NCBI GenBank assembly: GCA_001179505.1 | Contig: CDMY01000908.1 | Coordinates: 176,672-240,671 of the forward strand | Length of the DNA stretch: 64,000 bases | Direction: 5' to 3' | Source of the DNA: Vitrella brassicaformis CCMP3155 | Lineage: Eukaryota; Protista; Chromerida | Notes under the pieces: generated by a model | The model's database searches: none | Told to the model about the DNA's origin: nothing | The model's input: the letters and a program-made list of their open reading frames with translations, nothing else | Program-made: the position numbers and the translations under genes | Part shown: positions 32,501 through 44,200 of the stretch, in pieces | How the letters are laid out: every line of letters starts with the position of its first letter | Position numbering within the stretch: the stretch's first letter is position 1

Positions 32501-33692
32501 GTGGCTGCTTACTTGCAGCGCTTCAGTCCAATCTCTTTCGCTGGACAGATAGCTATTCTGCCACCAACACACAGACACACAGACACACATTGGCTCATGT
32601 CCCCTCCCCTACGTGTGTGTACTGGACCGGACCCACCTGTTGGTCGATGAACTGCATGGTAAGCTGGTGGTTGGCCTTGTGGGCCTCCAGCAGCCACGAC
32701 ACTGATAATAATCCACATACAGTGCAAACAGACACAGACAGACATGCCCATTCAATCAACATGGCTGCGGTGTCTCTCCCCCCCTTGTCTCTCTCCGGCT
32801 CACACAGTTGCTGTGGGTTGACGTCGGTCAAGGCACCGTCACCTTCCCATCTTTCTCTCACTCCAGTACCACCAGCAACAGTCTCTCCCTCTCTTGCCCC
32901 CTCCCTCTCCCTCTCCCTCCCCCTCTCGGCAGACACCGACGCCGCATTAACAGCAACAGCCCCACTGCCGTGTCTCTCCCGTGTGGTGCTGGGGGGCTTT
33001 TTCTGAGCTGCATGAGCGTGCCGAGCTTTGGCGGCCGGCTGGCGGCCGTCCTGTGGGGGTGCCTGTGCCTGAGGAGGTGTGACGGTGAGTCTGTAAGGTT
33101 TTGCGCGTGGCAGGGAGGGGCCTGGGGCTGCTGCCTTGGTTACTGTTGCTGGTGGGGGACTGGCAACAGTGTCGGCGGATTGTTTGTCGTGTTGCGGCTC
33201 ACGATGGTCGGTTGGCTCGTGTGCCGCGTGTGCCTCGGTCAGCCTTGTTGTCATGGGCACTTCGGATTCCTCCTCATCCCCCAACCGGGCCTCTTCATCT
33301 GCTGCTGTGTGTTCTGGGCGCTCACTAACCGCCTGAGGCAGACTCTGGGGCTCCGTGGCGCTTCTGGGCAGTGGGGCCTTCTCTTGCCGGGCGTCTCCCC
33401 CTCCCGCTCTAAAGCTGTAGCTCCTTCTGCCGTCCTCTCGCCGCTGGAATGCCGCCCTGAAGTCCGGGTAGCGGATGTAAGGAAGCGGCTCGTGGTCGCC
33501 GGCCGGCGGGGCGAACAGTGGGGCATGATGCTCGTCGTGTTCACCACTGTGGATGGGGATGGTTTCCGACGGGAGGGAGGAGGCCACGCTGCCGCTGGTC
33601 GCTGGAGCATCCTCCTGCTGGTGCTGCTGCTGCTGCTGGTGCTGCTGAGGCTCGTCGGGGAGAGCCAGCTGCAGGTCTGACTCTGACATCAT
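29532..33692 (-). CDS. Large low-complexity protein with central coiled coil
   Basis: 365-aa and 941-aa ORFs linked by short heptad-like exons (LLEAHKANHQLTMQFIDQQ, EDEHQLLEDNTVLQLHLNDL, LIRELNDRLVGLV, RKKALLQRKDHLLQYL). P/S/Q-rich. Confidence 0.6.
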
Positions 33693-33941
33693 GATTGCTG
33701 CTGGAGTGTGCCTACAGGAAACACAGACGCGCGCACAAGAATGCCATGGGTCTGGGCAGGTGAGGCCTCACCTTTTTAGGTGTCGAGAAACGCGATGATA
33801 AGCGGAGCCTAGAGTGCTCCCTGAAACCGCTGCTGCCGGGAGATTGAGCTCGCAGTGACCGTCCCACCAGCTCCTCCCTTCCCCCCCGCCTTGCTTGCAT
33901 CCTCCCTTGCGGCAGTAGATCTGATCAGATCACCTGACAGC

Positions 33942-34610
33942 ATGATGAAGGTGGTGCTTGCCCTGGCCCTGGCAGTGAGTGCCACTGCGCAGCAGGTGGA
34001 CACTCTCGAGGACCTGCTGTCCGCCGCCGAGGCCTTCCAGGCCCTCAGCGCCCTCCCCACCCTCTCCCAGCGACCTGTCTCCCCCTACCGCCGCGCATCA
34101 TCCCCGCAGATGCTCGGCAACTTCCTCCAGAACCTCACACCCAAGCAGACCAGCCAGTCGCCCCCAGCCGGTGGCCAGGCGGCTGCTGCATCTCCCGTCA
34201 AGAGGGCACCCGCTTCACCAGCAGTGAGGAAGGCCGTCTCGTCGGCACCCCCCGGCAGCGGCGGCAAGTACAGCCAGAAGTATGAGATGCAGCGCAAGGG
34301 CATGTACGTGCCGCGGGGTCTGACGGCCGACCAGTACCAGCAGGCGTTGCGCGCCGACGAGGAGAAGAGGGCGGGTCAGAAGAAGTTCTGGGAGGGCCGA
34401 CGGGGCAAGTTCGAGACGCTCGCCGACTGGCAGAAGGAGAAGGAGGAGAAATTCCCCAACCAACCCAAGTAAGTCAAGTCGGGGTGGGGTGGCCACGCAT
34501 ACACAAACACACACAACAAACACACATAACATACACCGCTGGAGCTGGGCTGTATGTGTGTGTGCAGGGCCGGTTACTCGTTCGTCAAGCTCACCTACGG
34601 CAAGAAGTGA
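33942..34610 (+). CDS. Probable plastid-targeted small basic protein
   Basis: Signal peptide MMKVVLALALAVSATA, an S/P/A/R-rich transit-like segment ending SPQM, then GMYVPRGLTADQYQQAL...FETLADWQ...PK|AGYSFVKLTYGKK* across one GT-AG intron. Confidence 0.65.
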
Positions 34611-34657
34611 GTGATCTGGACAGCCGGCGGAACGGAGTGGAGTCAGGCTGGCAGATG

Positions 34658-34691
<34 letters not shown>

Positions 34692-36036
34692 CGTGTCTGC
34701 ATGCGTGTGGGTGTGTGAGTGACTGCGGGGGGTTCGTTTGCTTTCCGTTCTTGCGTTGTCTTGCGGATGGATGCCTGTGGTGTGTGAGTGGTCTCTGCTC
34801 TCTGCGTCCGTGCTCGAGGGGTGGTCCGGCCGCGTGGTGAGGTGACACCATGCGACCTGATTATCCCGCACTGTCGGATGGCGAGGGGAGAGCCCTCCAG
34901 CCGATGGCATCGCTGCGCTTGTGTCCGAGAGAGAGAGAGAGAGAGCCTGCGCCTTCTTTGTGCATGGGCGTCACATCCACATCCACCCGACCCCACAGCG
35001 GCAATGCCACACAGATAGAACGAATGGTCTGCGGAATGAAGTTTTTGCATGGACACAACGAGCGAGCGATATGGTGCGTGTCGGAGAGTTTCTTTCAAAA
35101 TGCCTGTGTGCACTCACACGTGCATGCGGCAGTTTTGACGGAGACCACAGATGACACGTCACTCTGAGAGGGATTTGTCGAAGAGAAGCGAGCTGAGGAG
35201 GAAGCCAGAAAGAGCGTAGTGTGGTCTCGCGTTATGTAGTATGAGCAGCGGTTTCAACGAGCGTGAGGACATATACGCATGGCTGGATGGATGGATGGAT
35301 TGCATTCCTCTGAGAGATTGACATGTTGGTTCAGTTGCGTCTCTTGAGAGATTGACTGACAAGCAGTGTAGGCCTAGCAACACCATATTCACACAGTCTG
35401 GCGAGCATCCCTCTCTGTGCAGCCGTGCAGCTGTCGCGATGACACCCCTCCCTTGGCACCTCCAGTCGACACCTTCCGCGCCGCTCGCCGCCTCACGAGT
35501 GCTGCGGCAGGTGTCGGCCGGCAAGACGAAGGGAGGGCATCAGCACGATGCACGCACAGGCGACGTATGACTCAAAACGTGCTGAGAGCAAAACGAGAGG
35601 CAAAACAGGCAGGCAGGCAGGCAGGCAGGCGCACACGCACTAGACAGACAGACAGACACTATATGTGTGTATGTACACATCCCTCCTCTCCCCTCCCTCC
35701 CCTGCTCATCTCCCTCACACTCACACATCAGCCGGCCAGCCAGTCCGTGTGGTAGGTACGCTGCTCGTCCAGCCAGCCAGCCAGTGAATGGAATAACCTT
35801 CCCTCCATCCCTCCCTTTCAACAACACAAAAAACATTCGCTTTGCGAAACCGTTGATATCCGGTCAGCTGCTCGCAAAACGGCTACGTCCCTCCCGCCCG
35901 CCGGCTCTTAACCGATCTCTTTGCCGAGGATGCATTCCGCGGCTGACAGGTATGTAGCACACACACAGAGAGAGGGAACCATTCGTTCAAGGAGGGACGA
36001 CGGGTGTGTACTCCATATATTTATGTGTGGCGTGGC

Positions 36037-36830
36037 TCACTCACTGGGTTTGAATTTCTTGTCTGCCATCTCGTCCTTTCTCATGGGCATGGTGTCGATC
36101 TTGGCCATTATCTCCTTGGCGAAGTCAATGGGCAGACTGCCGGCCGCCTTAACGCTGCCGTCGTAGCCCACCAATGCCCACTGATGGGGCTTCTTGCCGT
36201 CATCTGCACACGCACACACACACACAGAGAGAGAGACCACCAATGCATTCAATGTGTGAAGGGTTTTCTCACAGCCATCCATTCTGACCGTTTCTGAGGT
36301 ATATTGCGGTGATTTTGTCGGCGCTTGACGCGAACCAGACGCAGTCGAAGGTCTTCTGCAGCTTCACCTGGTCCGCACTCGGCAGCGCCACCACAAACTG
36401 CACATTGCGCTCCTTCAGCTGCACACAGACACACCACACACAGGATACATGCACACACCACCCACATGCCACCCATTCGGGTCTGTCTGCACCAGCCAGT
36501 GCACTGCACCCACACTGACACTGTCACTTACATCCTCTTCTATTTTGGCGGCAGCGTCGAGTGCGGCCTGCACTTCCGCCAGGCTGCCCTGAATGACGAT
36601 AGGGCGGTACCGCCACCTCGTCTCCCCCACGAAATCAACAGGCTCGCCTGGCCGATAGACAACACACACACACACACAGAGAAACGTATTGGTGCGGAAG
36701 CAGCAACAGAGAGAGCCCGCCAGCAAGTTGGTCCCTCACCTGTTCCTCCGCGGCGCATTCCAAAGCCAAGCGCCATTGAAACCACACTCAGCACCACACA
36801 GGCAGCGAGCACCGACCCAAAGGGACGCAT
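36037..36830 (-). CDS. Secreted DUF4174-like protein
   Basis: Signal peptide MRPFGSVLAACVVLSVVSMALG. Exons give RWRYRPIVI ... WALVGYDGSVK ... IMAKIDTMPMRKDEM, matching the recalled DUF4174 pattern (RW..R.l.i, lvGkDGgvK, IDaMPMRr.Em). Confidence 0.7.
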
Positions 36831-37177
36831 TTTCTGTTTGTTTTGGCGAGAGAAGGCGGGCGAGCTGTTGAGCTCGCGACCCAAAGAGGGTAAAAAGCTC
36901 GCACCGAGAGGAGTGACGTGGATCCCAAAATGGGCGCCAAGATGCTCATTTTAAGTGTGGTTTCAAGCCCATTGAATGAGTCCGCAAGCTGATCGTTCAT
37001 TGGTGGTGCGTCGGATACTCCAGGACCAGAGGTAACGCTCCTTACCACAATCTCACACACAGCACTTACAGGTGCGCCACGATTGTCTGTGTGTATATGT
37101 TGCGTCGTTGCAGACCCCTCCCCGCCCCTCCTTCCCCCGTTTCCCCCTCTCACCCTCAGAGTTTGCGAGGCAGCGCC

Positions 37178-39861
37178 ATGGCACCCCGACCCGACACTCT
37201 GCTGCACGACAGCGGCGCCCATGCGGCCGCCGGACACGCCAGTGCACTCTTAGAACAACAGTAAGCTGCCAGCCAAGGGTTATGGTGTGGGCCAAGGGTC
37301 ATGGGGTGTGTGTGTGGTGTGCAGGAGTGTGTGCGCGCCTCCGTGTGTGGTAGGGGTGAGCGTGAGCGCGGCGCTAGTACTCATCTGCGTGGTGCTGGCC
37401 CTCTCGTGCTGGCTGTCGAAAAAGTTCCTCATCAGCGTCATCAAGGCTAGGTGTGTCTGCTATAGAGATGCACACACAAAGGGGGGTCGGGTCGCTTGAT
37501 TGAGAGGACTGACGTTCATTCTCTGTGTGTGGTCGGTGTGTCTGTGTCTGTGTGGTGTGTCAGGAACGCGATGTTTCGCTGCTTCTACCAGCGTGTGTTG
37601 AAGCCGCACTTCTTCAGAATGGACCCCGAAAAGTGCCACGAACTCGCCATCAAATCGGTGTGCCGGCACACACACACACACACACACACACACAACACAC
37701 AACACACAGCAAGGCATACACACACATCTCCCTCCCTGCCTGCCTGCATCTGCGTGTCTGTGTTTGTCTGTCGGTAGGGCAAGGTGCTGGGCGCGACGTC
37801 GTTCACTCGCGGCACTGTGGGGGTGCAGTTCGGCGCGCCGCACCTCAAGGAGCTCGAGCAGACGATCCAAGGGGTGGTGTTCCCCAACTGCGTGGGCCTG
37901 GCTGCCGGCTTCGACAAGAACGCTGACCTCATCAAACTGATGCCGCACGTGGGCTTCGGCTTTGAAGAGGTTGGTTCGATCACTGGCCGTCCGTGTGAGG
38001 GCAACCCCAAGCCGCGTGTGTGGCGGCTGCCGCAGAGCGAATCGCTGCAGATATGGTATACAGGACACACATGGGGGGCTCACCACAGCATGCACACAGA
38101 CGATATGTAGGCACATGTGTTGTCATGATGTCTGTCAGGTTTGGCCTGTGCAACGACGGAGCGGAGAAAATCGCCCAGCGGTGAGCTGCAAGTCTTCACT
38201 GAGTGTGTTGGCTTCAACGCACGTGTCCATGTGTGTCTTTGTGTGTGTGGGTGCAGGTTGCGCGTCAACCACCCGCACCTGCTGCGATCCAACATGACCA
38301 AATCCATGGACAAGGGCGGCAAGAACGGTCGGTACACACCCCACACCCCCACCCTCCCTCCCCTCACGCACACACACATGCACACATTCGCGTGTTCATG
38401 TCTGCCTGTCTGTATACGTGTGGGTGTGTGCGTGTGTTGTGGTCCCTCCCTCATCCACCAGGCCGTCGTCAGGCCCCCCCGTTTGTGACGGGCATATCCA
38501 TCGCCAAGACCAACTGCCGCGAGACGGTGGAGGAGCACGTCGGCATACAGGACTATGTGCAGGTGACCAACCACATCCGTCCATCCATCCACTGTGGTTG
38601 GCATGTTGACATAGATCATATGTGTGTGTGTGTGTGTGTGTGCAGGCGTATCGTGAGTTGCTGGATGTGGGCCACTACTGGGCCATCAACGTGTCCTGCC
38701 CCAACGTGTATCAGGACAACGGCAGACAGCCATTCACAGAGCCGGAACCTCTGGACAAACTGCTCACCGCCCTCAGAGGTACGTCTGTCTGTCTGTCTGC
38801 CTGTGTGTGTGTCAGCAGCACACCATCGATACACACGTATGGGTGGTTGGATGATATGACTGTGTGCAGGTGTTCACGAGTTCGACCGGCCCACGTTTGT
38901 GAAGATCGGGCCCGACCTCAGCAGCCAGCAAGTCGACGGCATCATCGACGTACCCACACACGCACATATGCCAACACAAAGACGCATGTGTGCTCGCTTT
39001 GGTACAGGTGTGTCTGCGTCACGGCGTGACGGGCATGATCATCAGCAACCTCACCAAGAAGCGAGAGGGCAACACACACATACACGAGGTAAGTGGGTGG
39101 GTGAGGGAGACAAACCAAACAAACAACACAACACACACCGTCGGTCGTGCAGGAGGATCTGCTAGGCGGGAAGCTGCCGTACCTAGGAGGGCTGAGCGGC
39201 AAAGTTGTAGAGGTACGCCACGCGCCGCAGACGCCTTCACACAGAAGCCTTCACACAGAAGCATCCTCACACATACGCACCCTCTCGCTGTGTTTGTCGG
39301 CCCGCCACGACCGAACGATCTGCTGTTTCAGGATTTGACGAACCAGCTGATTCGCTACGTGTACGCCAAAAGCGGGGGCAAGCTGGTCATCGTCGGGGTG
39401 GGCGGCGTCTTCACAGCGGAGGATGCCTACCGGAAGATCCGCAACGGCGCGTCGCTGGTGCAGCTCATCACCGGCATGATCTACAGGGTGCGTGTGTGAG
39501 TGTGCACATCAGCATCACGGCACACCACATGCCCACACACATTTCTCTCTCCCTGTTTTGTTGGTTTGTGCAGGGGCCCCAGCTGATCAGCGACATAGTA
39601 GTTGGCCTGTCCGACCTGCTGGCCAAGGACGGATTCACACACATCTCACAGGCCGTCGGGGCTGACGTCAAACAGGTCCGCACACGCACACACACACACA
39701 CACGCCCCCCACACACATGTTGGCATCTCTGTATGTGGTGTATGCAGGCTGGCGAGGGTATCAAGGGTGACAGCCCGGCGCTGCAGGTGGCTCAGCGGCA
39801 GCGCATGGGATTGGTGGAGAAGGACACGCAGGAAACCGACTCCTTCATCGTCACCAGCTAG
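37178..39861 (+). CDS. DHODH: Dihydroorotate dehydrogenase (quinone-type, class 2 architecture) with N-terminal TM anchor
   Basis: FYQRVLKPHFFRMDPEKCHELA, FPNCVGLAAGFDKNA, GFGFEEVGSIT...[84 protein letters not shown]. Confidence 0.96.
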
Positions 39862-40847
39862 CAGCCACACAATTGACCATCCGTGCGTGTGCAAGGTGGC
39901 ATAGGATGGCATCGTCGCTGGTCGACGACGGAACGGACGAATTCAGTGACTGACAGTGCTGATGTGGATGGATGTGGGTGTGGAAGGCCGAGAGAAGAGA
40001 GCACTGTTTTGCTTTTTTGCCTTGGGGGTCAAATCAAGGAGGGTCGTCTTTTTTCAGTCATCTCTCTGTCTGCAGTGAGTGATGGCAGTGAATTTGTCAC
40101 AGTGTCCATGTGCACGTACGTGTGAGGGTGAGTGTGCCTACTGGCAAGGGTGTGGACTGAGGGGAGATGATTTTGCAGCCATGCCATCTGTGTGTATGCG
40201 AGTGTGTGGCTTTGACGCAGTGGCTACGCCGCTGCGCTCATCGCATGCACGAGTCCCTGTACATAAGACCCCGACTTGATATGCAATTGCATGCATTCAT
40301 TGATGGAGAGGCAATTCAATGCATTTGTTTGTCAAGTAGACCGTCTGTCCCTTGGCATGATGGGCAGAAGAAGCTCTCGGATATAAAGTGTAGGCAACGA
40401 TCTGATCACACCACAACCACACACAACAGCCAGCAACTCTATCTCTCAGCAACAAAGAGCCTTCTGCCAGGGCAGCAGCTTTCTCTTTATCTGTCACGCC
40501 ATCAGTCAACGCAGCCTTCTCTGCAACAACATCAGATGCACTGCCTCTGACTGGGGGCCATGGGGGCCATGGAGACGGCTCAGCGCGCAGTTTTGACCGT
40601 GTTTCTGACGCTCTCCGCTCGTCGCACTGGTGCTTGGAAGATGCTGTGCGGGGGAGAAGCCTTGGAGTGGTCCGCAACAAATGTGATTCATTCAGTGTAA
40701 ATCTGCAAAAGGTGTGGGCCGAGTGGTGGGCGCCTTCCCTTCCCTTCCCTTCCCTTCCCTTCCCTTCGGTTCCGCAATTCTCTCCGCTTTCGCGCTGTTT
40801 TCCTGCAGACAAGCAACCTTTGCTCAATATTGCCAGAGTGTCTTCGA

Positions 40848-41080
40848 TTGCCACGCGCCTTGTTGCTGTGACTGAGACTCAGTTGCTGCCTTACTTGCTG
40901 CTTCCCTTCCCTTCCCTCCCCTCCCTCCCTCCCTCGCCGCCCAGCCCCTCCCCTCCCCTCACAGCGCCTTCAAGGACGCTGCTTTGCTGATTTCTTGCCA
41001 CGCCTTGTTGCCGTGACTGAGACTGAGTCTCAGTGACTCTTCCACGCTGCCCTTCCCTCCCCTTCCCTCCCCTCCCCTCC
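40848..41080 (+). repeat. Imperfect tandem duplication upstream of kinase ATG, with ACTGAG inverted repeats
   Basis: ttgccacgc(g)ccttgttgc.gtgactgagact...cccttccc(tccc)n occurs at about 40848-40930 and 40994-41080. Confidence 0.8.
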
Positions 41081-41092
41081 CTGCCGACCGCA

Positions 41093-44000
41093 ATGGCAGC
41101 CAACGGCGCCTTGCCCGACCCCCTGATGGCCAAGCTGCACCTTCCACGGCCACACCCAAGTTCCCTCCCAACCGTGGCCGATAATGAGCCCCTCGATGTC
41201 TACATGGAAAGATGCCACCTGTACGCCATGGCCGTCGACGACATGTGCTCAAGCAGCCCGCGGGCTTTCAACAGGTCATGGTGTGGGAGGCGGGCCGCCC
41301 AGCGATGGAGACGAAGCGCTGGGGACGCACAAGATTTGCTGGAGGACCTCGAGGAGGTGGCCCAATTCCGCCAGCGGTTGCTGGACGAGGCGCGGCATCA
41401 GGGCGTCCGCATCGTGGGCAGGGACGAATACAGAGGGTGCTCGGAGATAGCCGTGCTGTACGACAGACCCGGCGTGTGCGAGGTGCTCCAGGTCCGCGAC
41501 CAGGGTGGAAACCTGAAGACCATGAAATGGATGAAAGACGACGACCTGGAGCCCTGGCAGGAGCCATTCCAGGACAGCAGCTGGCGCAGGCCAATGGTGT
41601 GGGTCACCAACGAAGGTATGATGTCTGTAGGAAGACAGAAGTGATAGCGACTTCTGTCTGTCTACTTCTGGCCCGTCTGTCTTTCCCTCTGCGTGTGTGT
41701 ATGTGTGTTTGCATCAGCCATCAACCTGTCCAAGCTCAGTCACCCCAACATCATCGGCTGCGAGGGCATGATGCTAAACAACGGCGTCACTGCCCTCTTC
41801 ATGCCGTACATACACGGCCGCAGCCTGGACAAGATGGTGACAAAGCACCTGCCCACCTCTTTCTACCTCCATATCGCCAAGCAGATCCTGTCGGCCCTTG
41901 CGTACATGCATTCGCAGCAGTGTGTGCACAGGGACATAAAACCCGGTAAGTATCGAGCCCGCGCAGTCAGCAGGCACGAGTCAATGCGTCAACGTGTCTT
42001 ATGCGAATGTCTGTGCGTGTCCCTGTCAGACAACATCTTAGTCGAGGACGGCACAAACAAGGTGTACGTGATCGATTTCGCCTCGGCTGCGTTCCTGAAC
42101 GGGTCGGCGGGGGTTGAGTTGGGAGCGGGCTTCACAAAGGAGTATGCCCCGCCGGAGGTTAGAGAGTCAGCAAACAGGAGCCTGCTGCCACCCGCACAGG
42201 CCGGCTTCCCCAATGTCTCCCAGCCGCCCCAGCAGCAGCAGCAGCAGCAGCAGCGCCGCTCTCCGTCCGTGGTGGACAAATCAATGGACATCTTTGGCGT
42301 GTGCGTGACCCTGGCTGAGTTGTGGGTTGGGGAATGGTTTTGCATCCAAGGGGGGGGTATGAAAGACACGGCGTTCATGCCGCTGTCGATCCCGGGTCCA
42401 CTCGGCAAACTCATTACTCAGGGACTTTCATCCAACCCTAACGAGCGCCCCACTGCCGACGAGCTGCTGAAGGCCGCCATGAGGACAAAGGACAGAGGGC
42501 TTCAGGTTAGCTTCAACAAGAAAACAGAGACACTCGTGAGCCGACGTGCGTGCACCCGCCTTTCTGTGTGGCTATTTTAGGTCCAGAGGATGTGGCAGCA
42601 GGCCGAGGAGGAGATCGAAGAAGCGGACAAGGAAATTCTAGACGTACGCCACAAATGTGGCGAACTGAAATTCCGGCTGGAGGCTATTGAGCGGGGACAA
42701 CACGCGGCACTGGAAGAGTTGCAGGGTGAGAGCAGAAATGGATAAAATGCGTACAGGAGGCAGTCCGACGCACTGAGACACACGCATGTGCGTCAGGCGC
42801 ACATCCCTGCCCACCTTTGTGTTTATTTGTCACCTCCAGGTGTGGTAGGTGGGCTGCGCCAGGAGTTGTCGGAGGCGAAGGAGGCTGCGCAGATGGCACA
42901 AGAGGAAGCCAATCAATTCATACAGGACAAAAAGGTCAATCAGCAAACAACCAAAAATGTCACGCTCATCCATGCCAGGAGGATCTCAAAGAAACAAACG
43001 TGTGTTGCGCCCGCATACAGGATTTGGCAGCTGAGTGTGCACGCCTGCGCGCCAGGAACGGCGAGCTGCTGGCCGCCAACACAGCTCTCGAGGGTGAGAC
43101 AGTAGCTAGATACACGAATGCACAGGACGACGGCTGGCTGACTTGCCGGCTTGGTCAGCATTCATTCCTGATCGTCTGGCTTGTATCATCCTCAGAAGCC
43201 CGTCAGGGTTTTGAAAAGGAGGCGAACCAGGCACAGGGTAAGACAGAACCGGATAAAATGGATACACAAGCACTGAGACACGTGCATGTGCTTCAGGTGC
43301 ACTCTTGGCGTGACAGGACGATCTCCAAGAGACAGGGAAGGAGAAAGCTGCTGCCTTGGCGCAAAAGGCTCGGATGGAAGGTGCGCACTTCGCAGGGGAC
43401 CATGCACATCCCTGCCCGCCTTTGTGGTTATTTATTACCTTCAGCTGCGGTAGGTGAGCTGCGCCAGGAGTTGTTGGGGGCGAGAGAGGCTGTGCAGATG
43501 GCACTAGAGGAATCCAATCAATACAGACAAAACAAAAAGGTCAAGCAGCAAACAACCAAAAATGTCGTGCCCATCAATCCACAACGCATACGGAGTCTCC
43601 CTTCCTTCCTGTGTTACCTGCATACAGGATTTGGATGTCGAGCATGCTCGTGTGTGTAGTGAGAATGGCGAGCTGCTGGCCGCCAAGAAGGCTTTAGAGG
43701 GTGAGACATGCACCAATCCATAAGGCTGTTGACCGACTGATCACCAACGGTCGTCCTCAGACGGTCGCAAGCGGTTCGAGGCGGGATGCAGCGACAACCA
43801 GGCCCAGTTGCGAGCACGTGTTGCCGCGCTGCAAAATGAGAAGCAGGTAAGAGGACATGCACGCATCCGCTTCTCGTCACGCATCCTTGCGGTATGTGTC
43901 AGGCTGTCGAGTCAAAAGGGAAGGTCGGCCCACCCACAGCTAAGAAGAGTACGGACAGAGAAGCAGCCACGAAGAGAAAGGGGCGGAGTGGAGCTCCAGA

Positions 44001-44200
44001 AACCACCCAGGAGTGCACTTTCAAGCCGCGGATATGCAACAAAGCTACGGAGAAGATGACGAGAGGCCGTAACCCAAAGGTCAGCAACCCAGCAACAACG
44101 GATAGATCACATCAGTCCGCAATGTTTGGATGTCGGTTTGCAGAACGTCTTCGACAGACTATATGGGCTGGCGCAACAGAAACGAAAGATCAAATCATGA
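41093..44200 (+). CDS. Divergent Ser/Thr protein kinase with C-terminal coiled coil and ECTF-type tail
   Basis: LSHPNII, QILSALAYMHSQQCVHRDIKP|DNIL, VIDFASA, YAPPE, SMDIFGV, PNERPTADELL. Coiled-coil exons follow. Terminal ECTFKPRI...|NVFDRLYGLAQQKRKIKS* (stop 44198-44200). Confidence 0.85.
42715..43745 (+). repeat. Tandem duplication of a coiled-coil exon/intron module inside the kinase gene
   Basis: 42715-43130 and 43230-43745 share exons (gtaggtg.gctgcgccaggagttgt..., ...aaaaaggtcaa.cagcaaacaaccaaaaatgtc, catacaggatttgg...ggcgagctgctggccgccaa...gagggtgagaca) and intron text. Confidence 0.85.
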
